A stretch of DNA of 64,000 nt from IMG/VR virus record IMGVR_UViG_2841255697_000002, positions 10,177-74,176 of that record; one strand, 5' to 3'. The first letter of the stretch is position 1. Each line of letters starts with the position of its first letter. This document shows positions 1-10,562 of this stretch, one piece after another. The stretch is from a virus. Its lineage: Duplodnaviria; Caudoviricetes. The notes under the pieces were generated by a model. The model was not told where the DNA came from. It saw nothing but the letters and a program-made list of their open reading frames with translations, and ran no database searches. The position numbers were made by a program, and so were the translations under genes.

Positions 1-2
1 CC

Positions 3-281
3 GCTTAAATGGGAACAGGATACCGTATAGTATTCCATTCCATCATCATCGTGTTTAACCACCGGTGTTTTCATTTTGTAGAATTCGTCATTGAACAGCA
101 CGAGATACTCATTGATAATATAGTCCGATTTTGGGTTCGCCAGAGGAAGGTCAAAAGTCAAAGAACTGATTTCGGTACAGTTAAAGGATTCTTTGATGTT
201 GAATGCCTTGTTCTCGGTGTTGTCCAGTAGTTCACAAATCCTCTCGTAACGTAAATTATAAACAACTAAAGATTCCATCAT
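3..281 (-). CDS. Tail tip / tail spike (Tal-like) protein, N-terminal part; runs off window edge
   Basis: Not in ORF track. AGGTGA RBS then ATGATG; reads MMESLVVYNLRYERICELLDNTENKAFNIKESFNRTEISSLTFDLPLANPKSDYIINEYLVLF..., typical of the gene after Dit. Confidence 0.65.
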   Translation of the reverse strand, partial: MMESLVVYNLRYERICELLDNTENKAFNIKESFNCTEISSLTFDLPLANPKSDYIINEYLVLFNDEFYKMKTPVVKHDDDGMEYYTVSCSHLS

Positions 282-285
282 TCAC

Positions 286-1053
286 CTACACATACTTTCC
301 ATGAAACTGAATGGAGGCAGAAGTGACGTTACCAGTGAAGGAAATATCAAAATATCCAGGAGGGACAGAAGGGAAGGCCCCAACAAAATCATTGAATTTA
401 TTACGGCCAGCTGCATCCAGGCAGATCATGGCCTTGCTGTCCACTTTAAAACTGTTAGCGACATTCTTTACAGTGAAGGTCTGGATTGCGCCGTCACTTT
501 TACCCTTAAGTTTTACCGTAATATTGCCAGATCCATTTACTGAAATAACGCAGTCCGACTGAATCATTCCTCGGTTATAATAGTTGTAATACTTATCGGC
601 TATAACAGCGTTAATCGAGTAGACCGTTTTTTCAATATCATAATAGAAGGGATCGTGTGCAATAAATTTAAGAACGGACAACCCCTCAATACCGCTATAG
701 GTTTCAAATGCAAGCGCATCCGAGTCTAATCGGCAATTGATTCGAATGGAATCGCCTTTAAAATAAAACTCGGCTGACTTTTCAGTGTTAAGCCAGGTAG
801 CAATACGACGGATACCGTGATAGTTGAGATCTTCGAAAAAAACAGGAACCTCCCAGGTTCGTGGAGAAAGATAGGTGGAAAATACAATTTCACCGTCATA
901 ATTGAACGGCTTGCTTGTCGTATAGTTACGGGCAGGGAGCAGGGGATAGTTCAGTTCGCCGCCGTCGTTATCCGCTACCACACCGCCTAAATCACTCAGA
1001 TAATGTCCATTCCAGAAAAAATCCGTAAAATCGATATATTCAAGATCCTTCAA
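286..1053 (-). CDS. Distal tail protein (Dit)
   Basis: Directly after tape measure; LKFIAHDPFYY motif typical of siphophage Dit. Confidence 0.75.
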   Translation of the reverse strand: MKDLEYIDFTDFFWNGHYLSDLGGVVADNDGGELNYPLLPARNYTTSKPFNYDGEIVFSTYLSPRTWEVPVFFEDLNYHGIRRIATWLNTEKSAEFYFKGDSIRINCRLDSDALAFETYSGIEGLSVLKFIAHDPFYYDIEKTVYSINAVIADKYYNYYNRGMIQSDCVISVNGSGNITVKLKGKSDGAIQTFTVKNVANSFKVDSKAMICLDAAGRNKFNDFVGAFPSVPPGYFDISFTGNVTSASIQFHGKYV

Positions 1054-1064
1054 TTAATCACCAC

Positions 1065-4000
1065 CTATCTTAAATTCATTCCAGACTTTTGCAAAGTCTT
1101 TTTAAACATTTTGTTTAAGTTTTGTTCGCCGTTTTCGATATCAAACGGCGTGTTGTTTACAACCTTGTCTACCTTAATCGACACAAGTTCTTTATCATAA
1201 TTAACCGTCTTATTTCCACCACTTTGTGGGCTTTGAACGTTTAACAGACTGGTATTAATTTTTGGCAAAAAGTCAAAAACCATCTGGTCAAATGCTCTGG
1301 TCTGCTGATCGGTTAAGACACGTTCCTTCTTATCCAGGTATGCAACGCCTTCAGAACTTCCAGTATGTCCACCGGTTTTAAATGGAATGAGCAGCCGCTG
1401 TCCAGGGTAAATCAAATCAGGATCACTTACCTGGTCACGATTAGCATTGTAAATTTTGTCCCATTTGGAGCCATCACCATAATAATGAACGGCTAAGTCC
1501 CACAGCGTATCCCCCCAGGGGTCACCGCCGACAACCGTGTGATATCTTTGTCCACCACTGCCTACAGATGAACCAGAAGACCTGCCAGAACCACCGGAAC
1601 CACCAGACATCGTATATTTTCCACCGTTTGCCGTGATGGTATTGTCACGCAAGTCACGGTAATTATTTAAAGCCTTGATGACCTCCATTGCAATAACCTG
1701 TCCAGCGGTCTGTCCCATGAGCTGAGCGATACCGCTGTAATCTGGGTCATACGCCAATAAAAGGTCAATGATCTGCTGCGTCTGTTCACGCCGGATCATT
1801 TCATTGGCCTCTGCATACAAGGCTTGATTCGTCATTTGAGCATCAATATTTTTAAGAACAGGGTCATAAAGAGGGGAGTCAGAGCTGAGCAATTGTTTGA
1901 AGTAATTGTTAATTTCTTCAATTTTATCCTGCTCCTTATCGATCTGATCCTCCAGATCGTCGATTTGGATTTCCTGTTTAAGATCCTTGATCTTGCCCAT
2001 CAGCTCTTTTTGTTTTGCTTTACCCAATGTGGAATCATCTTTCATCCACCCTGCGAGTTCATCCTGTAAGCGTCCAAGCTCAGCCTGTTTGTCTTCAGGC
2101 GTGTCACCTTTTATTTTATCGATCTCATCTCTGAGCTGGTCAATGCGGTCATTATGAACCTTTAACTGAGCTTCCTGTTCTTTTTCAAGCTGTTTCTTGC
2201 GCTCATCGTACATTTCCTGATATTTCTTTTTCAGGGCTTTGACGATACGATCCTGAAGCGATTCAACGTTTCGTTCGTATTCTTGTATAATACGTTCAAT
2301 CGCCTGTGCTGTTTGTTCAGCAGCCCTCTCAGCGTCTTTAGCAGCTTTTTCAGCAGCTTCAGCAGCCTTTTCCTGTGCTGCTATGGCCTGTTTTAAATAA
2401 TAATCGTTGCTGCCATTGACATCGCCAAGGTCTAAGTTTTTAAGCGCTTCAAGATTACCGATCATATTGTCAATATTTTGCTGCTGTATCTTTATTGCCT
2501 GAATAGTCTCTCTTGAGTGTTTTCGCTGTTCATCAGTCCAGTCTGAAAGTTCCTGACCACCGATTGTAACTCTTTCAGGAGTGATTTCAACTTCGCTATA
2601 AATATTTGAGTCAACAGCATCTGGATCAGAATACTTTCCGGCATCTGAAACGGCCTGAGAAATGGATTGATTAAACCAATCTTTAATATTAAAATTACGA
2701 TTTGTAAACATTTCCCATGCTTTAGATGCAAAACTTTTCACTAGAGTCAATGCTGCTTGTAAACTGGCAGCAAAACTTTTTATACTGTTCTGTTGAAGAT
2801 TACCTGTTTTTTCGTTTGTCTGCTTGGCGGCTCCAACCACATTTGTTCCGGTATCGTTAGCAATATCACTTTTTGCTTCACCGCCAGATTCAGCGTCATC
2901 TGCTTGAATTTGTTCGGATTCTGCATACTTTGTAACCTTTCCGTTTTCAACTGTGACAAAGTTTTCACCTTCAAGTTGCTTGTACTGTCCATAAATATCA
3001 TAAAATTGCTCGGTATTACCAAGTCGTGCATTTTGACCTTCAGCATCAAGAGTGGTCAATAAGTCTTGTTTCTGTTGTTCAAGATCCAACTGATTTTGAC
3101 ATGCAATTTGTTGAGCTTGAAGTTCGGCAATTTGTTCGTCAATTTTAGCGTCAAACTCTTGTTCTTTCATATCTAAAACAGAATTTATGGCGGCCTGTTG
3201 TCCTTCTACAGACACTTCATTAAAAAGATTAGCCTGATATAAAAGTTCTGGATAAGTCATAGCCAGACTAAATAGTTCTGTTTTACTGAGTGCAGTACCA
3301 TAGGCCAACTGTTGCTGAGCATCGGTTAACTGCTTTGTTGAAGAAACCAAATCGTTCAATACACTGGCGATTTCCTCGGCACCAACAACATCGACCATTA
3401 TGGTTATGTTTTTGATTGCATCAATTTCACGAAGTTTTTCGGAGATACCTGTTAACTCTTTATTAGCCTCTTCAAGTCGGGTTGTATCAACACCCTTACC
3501 ACTTTCAATGTCTTTTTTTAAGGTGGCGATCTCTTTCATCAATTCTGTCTCACGTTCGATCAAGAGTACACGCTGTTCCTCGAGATCGTAAGCTGTTGAG
3601 TTAATCTCATTTTGGCGTATCTGCTCTAAGAAATGAAGTTGTTCTTCAGCTCCAGCGTTAAGCACATCATAAAAACCATCATATTTTTTACCCATTGTCA
3701 TAAGGTCTTCTGTCGATAGAGTGCCTTCTTTAACCTTATTAATATAATTGTCAAGTTCAGACATAAAGGAAGTAAAAGTAGTGCCAATCTCATCAATGCC
3801 TTCAACGGTAATATTTTCTGTGGCAGACACATACTCGTCGACCTTCTCTGTCGCAACAGTCGTTTTTTCAATGATCTCATCAAGCGCAGCGATTTCTTCT
3901 TTTGCATTGCTGAGTTTTTCGCCAGAGAACATGCCATTATCAATCTGAGACTGAAGCTGGTTACGGTACGTTAATGCCTGTTGGTTACGTTCAAGCATTT

Positions 4001-7000
4001 GAAGTTCAACTTCATCCTGCATTCCAGTCTGTTTTTCAAGAAGTCCATTTATAGCACCTAACAGAGTATGTTTAACACCGACAAGTCCATTAGAAGTATT
4101 TTCATCATTTAAAATATCTGATTGAACTTTCTTCGTATATTGTAAAAGACCGGTAATCGATCTATATTTCCCTTGCAGAGTATCAACACTATCAATTGCA
4201 TTTTTTATATCAGGAAACTTTAATACTGTTCCAATTTCATTGCCAGTTGCCATGTTAATATAAGAATTCAAGTAGTCTTTAAAGCCGAGCTTTGTGTTTT
4301 GTGCCTCAATAAAAGATTCAATATTGTCACTACTACCAGAATTCATAGCTTCTTTCCATTGATCAATATAATCACTGAAAGCACCACGGCTGAAGGTTGT
4401 TAAATCAGCCATTCTCTTTTGTTCAATTTCTTGGATTTGTTTTTGAATATCCATTTCTTTATTCAATAAATCCAAACGATTGAGTTCTTCACTGGAGAGT
4501 CCAGTTGTCTTTTGTTTCTCAGTTAATTCATTAATTTCACTGTCTAATTCATTGTACCGTTCATTGGCTTCATCAAGTTTTTTCTGCTGACGGTCAATTT
4601 CTTCACTGTTATATTTAACAACTAGAGTAAAGGCTGCAAAGGCAGCGGTAGCTAAACCAAGAGGGGAGAGCAAAGCTCCAAGGGCAAATTTACCAGCATT
4701 CATAGCTTTGTTTGCAAGTTCTTGTGCCCCCGCTTTAATGGTAATAGCTGCGGCCTGTGCTTTTTCAGAAGCAGCTGCGGCTATATTGGCAATCGTACTT
4801 TTACTTTCCTGGACAATCTCATTTTTGGTTGCAATAATATTGGATTTCTTGGCTGCCGTTTCTTCATTTATAGCTACGGTTGTGCTTTTGGTAGCAATGG
4901 TTTCTGCTGTAGATGTAGCAGCGCTTTCTTGATCTACCTTCGTACCAGCTTTTTTAGTAACTGTTTTTGAAGCTTCTGCTTTGGCTTCCTCTTTGCTAGC
5001 AGCAGATGAATATTTGTCCAGAACTGTTTTTTTCTTAGTTTCTTCACCAGCTTTTTTTGTTGCGGCAGCTTGCATGGTTAAGGCAGTTATGCAATTCCTG
5101 TCCTCTTCAGCGATCCCTTCAAGTCCTGCCATCATATTTTTACAAGCATTCGTATATTGAATGGCATTAATCTCGCCGGATTCAAGTGCCTGATTTAAAA
5201 TTTGAAACTCATTAGCAGCAGCGCCAATCATATTGTTACTTGTTGTCAAAGCGATTTCATTTGAAAGAGCTATTTCTTGTTGCATAGCCAGCAGATTTTT
5301 TAGACGTTCACTCGTAACATCTCGAATTGCTTCAGCTTCAGCACGCTTACTAGCTGTTCCAATAGTAGAGATTTCATTGAGTTTTTCAGTAACACCCATA
5401 TATTCATTGAGTTTTTTTACAACTGCAATCCCAATTGACAATTCTGCGAATACGACAACGGATTTTTGAACAGCTGGAGGAAGCTCATTGAACTTTTCTA
5501 ATAATCCTTCAGCTCCATTCATGATAGAGGTCATACCTTGTAAAACACCTGAGTTTGCAATAACTGTACCAAATTCAGCAATTGTAGCATATAAGGAGTT
5601 CCACTGATTTTTAAATGTCGTCATCAATGCAGCATTTTGTTGTTCCAGATAGCTTCCAGAGCCAGAACCCGCTTCTTCGATCATTCCATAATATTTGTCT
5701 GCCTCTTCTGTCCAGTTCTGAAGAAGTGTCAGTGCAACATCCCCTTGGCGAGTGGCACCAAGAGCCTCCTGAATCTGTTTTGCAAGAACATCATTACCTT
5801 CACGCATTGCCATATTATAAGCGCGACTAACCGTGTCCATTAATCCGGCGAAATCCTTAAACTTACCATTTGCCTCAGATAAAGAATAAGTTGCATCACC
5901 AGTGCTTTCTGCAATATCGTCAAAAAGAGTTCGTGTTTTAGTTCTTGTCAAATAAGACAAAATGGTTTTAATGGAATTCCCGGCCTCGTCACCACTTTTG
6001 GCGAGACGGTCACCCACGATAGAGGTCATAACGATAGCATCATTCATATTGCCGCTTACTGAAGTCATGAACCCACCGATTTTAGCAGCAGATTCACCAA
6101 ACTCATCTGCTGTACCAAGAGCTGTCTTATCAGCCATGTAGGCCCATTTATTAAGTGTCTCTATCCCTTCATCAACGTCCATATTAAACTGAAGCATTGA
6201 AGAGTTGACGAGTTTAACAGCCTTCTCAGCATCTTCGACTTCACCAACATTCATGAACTTTGCAGTTGCAGAAGATATTTTGTTCAGCAGTTCAGTGCTG
6301 TCGGCATATTTATCATTAATACGAACCCACGCAGCCTGAATTTCCTGGGCATCTGTAACTAAAATACCGGATTCTTTAGCAATCTGGATTGCAGAATCTG
6401 TAATTGCATTGGCAGTTTCTTCAGAGAAGTCCTGCATGATACGTTGAGTATTAACAGTATTGTAATTAATACTAATTATTTGAGAACCTAAATTTTCAAA
6501 AGCATCCGCTAAAGCTCTGACACCAAGAAGTTCCACACCGCCAGTTAGAATTGAAGATTTGAGACTTTGTCTGAAATTACTGCCCGTGTTTGAAGAAATA
6601 GAACTGTAACGTGTATCAAGCTGCTGCATAGAAGCTTTATAATCTTTTACTTGTTGAGCTAACTCTGCCTTTTTTGCGGCGGTTTCTTTTTGAGCATCAC
6701 GTACACGACTTTCAATTTCCTGCTTATTGTAAAGAGTCATAAGCTCATATGCTTCTTTTGAATATTTTGAAGTTTTGTCGGAAGAACGTTTTACTTCATT
6801 TTCAATCTGTGAAAATGCAGATTTTAATTTAGCCAATTCCGATGTTGTAGCTTTAGCATCGATTGGTGTTAATTTCCCACTGTCCAGTTTATTTTCAAGC
6901 TTATCTATTTCTTGCTTCAACTGAGCCATTGCCGATTTTGCAGACTCAGTACCAGCTTTCCATGCATCCTTAACCTCTTTAGCAAAATTACCCTGCGCTT

Positions 7001-7217
7001 TAGAAGCCTTTTCTGTCGTTTCCGATGTTTTAGCTGTACTGGAGGATAGGGAAGAAGTGACCTTCTCAACATCAGAAAGTGACCTGGTGAGCTTTTCACT
7101 CTCAGCAACAGCTTTTTGAATATTTTTAGTAAGGTTTGGTAAACCGTTTTCGTCATCATAGATATTAAAACCTACTTCAAAACCCATTTTACGCATATCT
7201 TGTGTGTTGTCAGCCAT
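1065..7217 (-). CDS. Tail tape measure protein with C-terminal LysM domain
   Basis: 2050 aa, helical/coiled-coil, TP901-like core (GDEAGNSIKTIL); C-terminal GDTLWDLAVHYYGDGSKWDKIYNAN...PDLIYPGQRLLIP LysM. Confidence 0.92.
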   Translation of the reverse strand: MADNTQDMRKMGFEVGFNIYDDENGLPNLTKNIQKAVAESEKLTRSLSDVEKVTSSLSSSTAKTSETTEKASKAQGNFAKEVKDAWKAGTESAKSAMAQLKQEIDKLENKLDSGKLTPIDAKATTSELAKLKSAFSQIENEVKRSSDKTSKYSKEAYELMTLYNKQEIESRVRDAQKETAAKKAELAQQVKDYKASMQQLDTRYSSISSNTGSNFRQSLKSSILTGGVELLGVRALADAFENLGSQIISINYNTVNTQRIMQDFSEETANAITDSAIQIAKESGILVTDAQEIQAAWVRINDKYADSTELLNKISSATAKFMNVGEVEDAEKAVKLVNSSMLQFNMDVDEGIETLNKWAYMADKTALGTADEFGESAAKIGGFMTSVSGNMNDAIVMTSIVGDRLAKSGDEAGNSIKTILSYLTRTKTRTLFDDIAESTGDATYSLSEANGKFKDFAGLMDTVSRAYNMAMREGNDVLAKQIQEALGATRQGDVALTLLQNWTEEADKYYGMIEEAGSGSGSYLEQQNAALMTTFKNQWNSLYATIAEFGTVIANSGVLQGMTSIMNGAEGLLEKFNELPPAVQKSVVVFAELSIGIAVVKKLNEYMGVTEKLNEISTIGTASKRAEAEAIRDVTSERLKNLLAMQQEIALSNEIALTTSNNMIGAAANEFQILNQALESGEINAIQYTNACKNMMAGLEGIAEEDRNCITALTMQAAATKKAGEETKKKTVLDKYSSAASKEEAKAEASKTVTKKAGTKVDQESAATSTAETIATKSTTVAINEETAAKKSNIIATKNEIVQESKSTIANIAAAASEKAQAAAITIKAGAQELANKAMNAGKFALGALLSPLGLATAAFAAFTLVVKYNSEEIDRQQKKLDEANERYNELDSEINELTEKQKTTGLSSEELNRLDLLNKEMDIQKQIQEIEQKRMADLTTFSRGAFSDYIDQWKEAMNSGSSDNIESFIEAQNTKLGFKDYLNSYINMATGNEIGTVLKFPDIKNAIDSVDTLQGKYRSITGLLQYTKKVQSDILNDENTSNGLVGVKHTLLGAINGLLEKQTGMQDEVELQMLERNQQALTYRNQLQSQIDNGMFSGEKLSNAKEEIAALDEIIEKTTVATEKVDEYVSATENITVEGIDEIGTTFTSFMSELDNYINKVKEGTLSTEDLMTMGKKYDGFYDVLNAGAEEQLHFLEQIRQNEINSTAYDLEEQRVLLIERETELMKEIATLKKDIESGKGVDTTRLEEANKELTGISEKLREIDAIKNITIMVDVVGAEEIASVLNDLVSSTKQLTDAQQQLAYGTALSKTELFSLAMTYPELLYQANLFNEVSVEGQQAAINSVLDMKEQEFDAKIDEQIAELQAQQIACQNQLDLEQQKQDLLTTLDAEGQNARLGNTEQFYDIYGQYKQLEGENFVTVENGKVTKYAESEQIQADDAESGGEAKSDIANDTGTNVVGAAKQTNEKTGNLQQNSIKSFAASLQAALTLVKSFASKAWEMFTNRNFNIKDWFNQSISQAVSDAGKYSDPDAVDSNIYSEVEITPERVTIGGQELSDWTDEQRKHSRETIQAIKIQQQNIDNMIGNLEALKNLDLGDVNGSNDYYLKQAIAAQEKAAEAAEKAAKDAERAAEQTAQAIERIIQEYERNVESLQDRIVKALKKKYQEMYDERKKQLEKEQEAQLKVHNDRIDQLRDEIDKIKGDTPEDKQAELGRLQDELAGWMKDDSTLGKAKQKELMGKIKDLKQEIQIDDLEDQIDKEQDKIEEINNYFKQLLSSDSPLYDPVLKNIDAQMTNQALYAEANEMIRREQTQQIIDLLLAYDPDYSGIAQLMGQTAGQVIAMEVIKALNNYRDLRDNTITANGGKYTMSGGSGGSGRSSGSSVGSGGQRYHTVVGGDPWGDTLWDLAVHYYGDGSKWDKIYNANRDQVSDPDLIYPGQRLLIPFKTGGHTGSSEGVAYLDKKERVLTDQQTRAFDQMVFDFLPKINTSLLNVQSPQSGGNKTVNYDKELVSIKVDKVVNNTPFDIENGEQNLNKMFKKTLQKSGMNLR

Positions 7218-7230
7218 TCAGTCACTCCTT

Positions 7231-7848
7231 TCAGTTATCAGCTCTTAGACCCATCAGGTCTTTCATGGTTACCATTTTTTTCTTTTCCTGTTTCGGTGCC
7301 AGCGGATGTTCGTCATTATCGATTAGGTCATTTGGTTCAGAAACAGAGCCTAAAATGCCTGTTTTATATTCCCAATTAATCTTTTTACCAATGGCCTCAA
7401 CCAGCCCGCTTAATTGAACCAATGTCATATCACGTATATCTTTAAATGTATTGGACGTGTAGGTCTGAAGTGCATAGATCGATTCATCAAAACCAAGAGC
7501 CGTTTGTTCAGATTGAAGATCACGTTCTCCGTTTTTATCCGAAACGCCATTAATCAGCTTAATATCTTGTATTAATTCAGGAAAACGCTCTTCTGTGATG
7601 TTTTTGAGAACATCCTCCGGTTCGTTTTTTTGAAACGATTCGCTTAATAAACGCAGTAAAAACTCAAGCCGTTCTTCGTCCTTTATGTTTTCCAGCAGAC
7701 TGTCAGGATCAATAAGTCCTAAATAAGTAATAATCCGACTAAGGTTTTGTATGGTGAAGGGGAAACAGTACCGTGGAACCCGATCTCCAAAACTATCGAC
7801 CAACACCGGAAGGCCAAGAGCCATTTCCATAGTTTGTCCTGTTATCAT
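7231..7848 (-). CDS. Putative tail assembly chaperone
   Basis: Position between tail tube and tape measure. Confidence 0.55.
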   Translation of the reverse strand: MITGQTMEMALGLPVLVDSFGDRVPRYCFPFTIQNLSRIITYLGLIDPDSLLENIKDEERLEFLLRLLSESFQKNEPEDVLKNITEERFPELIQDIKLINGVSDKNGERDLQSEQTALGFDESIYALQTYTSNTFKDIRDMTLVQLSGLVEAIGKKINWEYKTGILGSVSEPNDLIDNDEHPLAPKQEKKKMVTMKDLMGLRADN

Positions 7849-7871
7849 GTAGTCCCTCCATTTTTCAATTT

Positions 7872-7950
7872 AAAAAAGCCAATAACAACCACCCGGATTG
7901 TCATTGGTTAATTCACATTAAAAAAATAGGGAAGGGGGATACCCTTCACC
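7872..7950 (-). terminator. Two tandem intrinsic terminators after the tail tube gene
   Basis: Minus strand GGTGAAGGG-TATCC-CCCTTCCC-TATTTTTT and AACCAATGACAAT...GTTGTTATTGGC-TTTTTT. Confidence 0.65.
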
Positions 7951-8700
7951 TTACACTTCAACGTCGTCAATAAATAAAGACCATAATTTCAGGTCAGTAC
8001 GCATGGGATCTTTCGCTTCAGCTTCAAATTTCGGGGAAACTGGAGACTGATGCTTTGGATCAATACTAAAGCCAGAGGAACACTGAGCCTTATATATGCG
8101 AATTTCACCTTTATGCTTCACCTGTGTATCTTCGTCAAAAATGTCAAAGATATAGCTGGCAACGAAAGGTTTAGACATAGATTTCTGACCAACACTGTAT
8201 TCTGTAGTTTTTTCAGAACCAGTGTACTCATAGACAATAATTACCGCCTGACCAACATCTTCACTTGCAAAGGAAATTTCCTTTGTCGCGGTTCCAACCT
8301 TAAACTGCCCTTTGGTCGGGGCCTCTTCACCAGTTGCGGCAGTAAACCCATTGACAACGACAGACCCATCAAGCGGTGTCTGTTCCAGAGTAATCTTTGC
8401 TTCATCAGGAATTGTAACTTCTAGAAAGCCTGTAAGTTTCGCAGCGCCCTTTTCTTCAGCAGCGCCATCAAGGTACTGGAGCATACCAGGGTCAAAGCAA
8501 GCGTTCGTACCAGAAAGTTTAAGAGCCTGATCCTTCTTAAAAGAAGCGATTGGGAACATCTTATTACCGCCAGTAATGTCTTCCTTGGAGTAGCTGGATT
8601 CAACCGTTAAATCCTGAAGATCCGCAAAACCAATGATTTTATTGCGGTCACGGTAGTCTCGCAGTACCAGCTTACCGATCCCATATAATATTTGTTTCAA
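7951..8700 (-). CDS. Major tail (tube) protein
   Basis: Synteny, size, beta-rich sequence, followed by terminators. Confidence 0.7.
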   Translation of the reverse strand: MKQILYGIGKLVLRDYRDRNKIIGFADLQDLTVESSYSKEDITGGNKMFPIASFKKDQALKLSGTNACFDPGMLQYLDGAAEEKGAAKLTGFLEVTIPDEAKITLEQTPLDGSVVVNGFTAATGEEAPTKGQFKVGTATKEISFASEDVGQAVIIVYEYTGSEKTTEYSVGQKSMSKPFVASYIFDIFDEDTQVKHKGEIRIYKAQCSSGFSIDPKHQSPVSPKFEAEAKDPMRTDLKLWSLFIDDVEV

Positions 8701-8711
8701 AGCAATACCTC

Positions 8712-9194
8712 CTAAATAATTAAGTATTTGTATTCAAAAATAACCGAATGCTTTTCCCATCCGGTTGTATTCGCCATTCGATCTGTCAGCCTCCGTTTGT
8801 AATTTAGTCCGTCAAGACCAATTGGTATAATCGGTAGACCACATCTCTTGCGATTATTGGTATCAAGCATCTCAATGATGCGTTTTTGTATCTGTAAATG
8901 CCTTCGGTCTTTGGTGTTCTTGTCCTGAGAGATATGAATATCAATGGAAAGATAACCGACCTCCTGAAGCTGATTCGTGTAGCCGCCTTCCGTTTCGTGA
9001 ATACAGAGGCGAATATCATAGTTGTTCAGAAGGTCATCGGGGATTTCAGCGTCAATGACCTGTTTTCTCAATGCGACCAGAAAGTCATTTTCTGTGTCAT
9101 AATTCGACCGATCAATACCGATCAAGGAAAGCAGTTCAGTATCCGATTGAATGACCCGGAAGACCTGGACAAAAACATTTTTAATGTCAAACAT
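8712..9194 (-). CDS. Putative tail terminator/completion protein
   Basis: Synteny just upstream of tail tube. Confidence 0.5.
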   Translation of the reverse strand: MFDIKNVFVQVFRVIQSDTELLSLIGIDRSNYDTENDFLVALRKQVIDAEIPDDLLNNYDIRLCIHETEGGYTNQLQEVGYLSIDIHISQDKNTKDRRHLQIQKRIIEMLDTNNRKRCGLPIIPIGLDGLNYKRRLTDRMANTTGWEKHSVIFEYKYLII

Positions 9195-9204
9195 TCAGTA
9201 CCTC

Positions 9205-9780
9205 CTAGACGGTAACTTTCTGTCTGGTAATGAATTTTCCTGTATTGATCATTTCCTGAATGACGGGATGGTAATTCGTATTGAAGTTATAAATTGTTGC
9301 ACGATGAATTTCCTCCATACATTCAGAGATAACCGGGTCAGGACTTTCGCCTTTCAGCCATGGAATTCTTTTTCCAGCATGTGTTCCACTGGAGTATTTT
9401 ACCGTAGTGCCAAACCCAGATTCCCAATCCGGTGTTTCGTATTCACCTTCCGGGCGACCGACAATCTCACTGCCATTACGTTCAGGGTTCCAGAATGGTC
9501 CATGTTTATACGATGAAAAGAAAGGGTTTGATGAAACATTCATTTTTTCACCGGAACCAAACTCCTGAATGAAGGCTTTAACATTAGCCGTTTCAATGAC
9601 ATATTCCACACCGTCGAAATCAGCAGCGTATTTTTTGATCGTGAGGCCATCCCCATACGACCAATATTTAACGCCATCCATGACACTTTTGATGGCGCTT
9701 TCCATTGCCAGTACCAGATAGCTTTTTACAGTGCTTTTAAAAAGCTCATTATCAAAGGTGAGTGCGTAATAGTAAGCCAT
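9205..9780 (-). CDS. Putative neck/tail-completion protein (HK97 gp10-like)
   Basis: AFIQEFGSG motif and position. Confidence 0.5.
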   Translation of the reverse strand: MAYYYALTFDNELFKSTVKSYLVLAMESAIKSVMDGVKYWSYGDGLTIKKYAADFDGVEYVIETANVKAFIQEFGSGEKMNVSSNPFFSSYKHGPFWNPERNGSEIVGRPEGEYETPDWESGFGTTVKYSSGTHAGKRIPWLKGESPDPVISECMEEIHRATIYNFNTNYHPVIQEMINTGKFITRQKVTV

Positions 9781-9784
9781 TTGA

Positions 9785-10414
9785 TCACTCCCTGTAATAA
9801 GTCATATATGCGGAAAAAATTTCCTTATCCAGTTCTTCGATGTCCGTGATTTTATAACGGTCACTTCCAATAAACAGAAGATCGTCTTTTTTAATGTCCC
9901 AATTATTGGTTGTGATAATCTGATTGACCGAGTTGCGATCAATACCAGCATCAATCTGTCTTTCGCGCATTCCAACACGCTGTACAAAACAGTCAATATT
10001 ATCAATGACAATGGGATTATTCCCTACAAGGTCACCATCTTGATTATAAGTAAGCTGGCTTCGATGACGCTTAGCTGTCGTATTAAACAGCAGGGTATAG
10101 AAGTAGAAGTCGACAGGTGTTTTGTTGGGTACAGAGATCACAATTCCCTTGCGGGTATATTCAGTGTCCAAATCGTCCGCTTGCATTTCAACTAAGCTTC
10201 CACGGTGAACCGGAACATCCAGCATACAGGTGACCATTTTTGTGTGTTCTTCCTTAATATTTGTGGTACGTTCGTTATCTTTACATTGTCCCTTAGTTTT
10301 AATACCATCAATACGGACATCCACCGAAACATAATGCGATTCCATATACCCGTCATACATGCCACGGGCTTGTTTTACAACCTTGTCAATAACATTAATT
10401 GTTGAACTTGCCAT
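9785..10414 (-). CDS. Putative head-closure protein
   Basis: IKKDDLLFIGSDRYKITDI pattern; start reassigned to ATG 10414 after GGAGG. Confidence 0.5.
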   Translation of the reverse strand: MASSTINVIDKVVKQARGMYDGYMESHYVSVDVRIDGIKTKGQCKDNERTTNIKEEHTKMVTCMLDVPVHRGSLVEMQADDLDTEYTRKGIVISVPNKTPVDFYFYTLLFNTTAKRHRSQLTYNQDGDLVGNNPIVIDNIDCFVQRVGMRERQIDAGIDRNSVNQIITTNNWDIKKDDLLFIGSDRYKITDIEELDKEIFSAYMTYYRE

Positions 10415-10562
10415 CTTCCACCTCCAGGCGTTTGATGTCATTTGCAAGATCAAGGATACGTTTTCGAATAACTCCGAACTGAATCCCGTTGACCCCGCTC
10501 ACTTCAATGATATCTAGTAGAGAAATCGTATCCTGATAAATCTGGTCTTTATCCTTATGCAC
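10395..10562 (-). CDS. Small hypothetical protein (55 aa)
   Basis: GGAGGTGG RBS then GTG at 10562; overlaps both neighbours. Confidence 0.55.
   Translation of the reverse strand: MHKDKDQIYQDTISLLDIIEVSGVNGIQFGVIRKRILDLANDIKRLEVEDGKFNN

Noticed and set aside
7231-7848. Programmed -1 frameshift in the tail chaperone
   Set aside because: A single ORF runs up to the tape measure gene; no second-frame extension is needed
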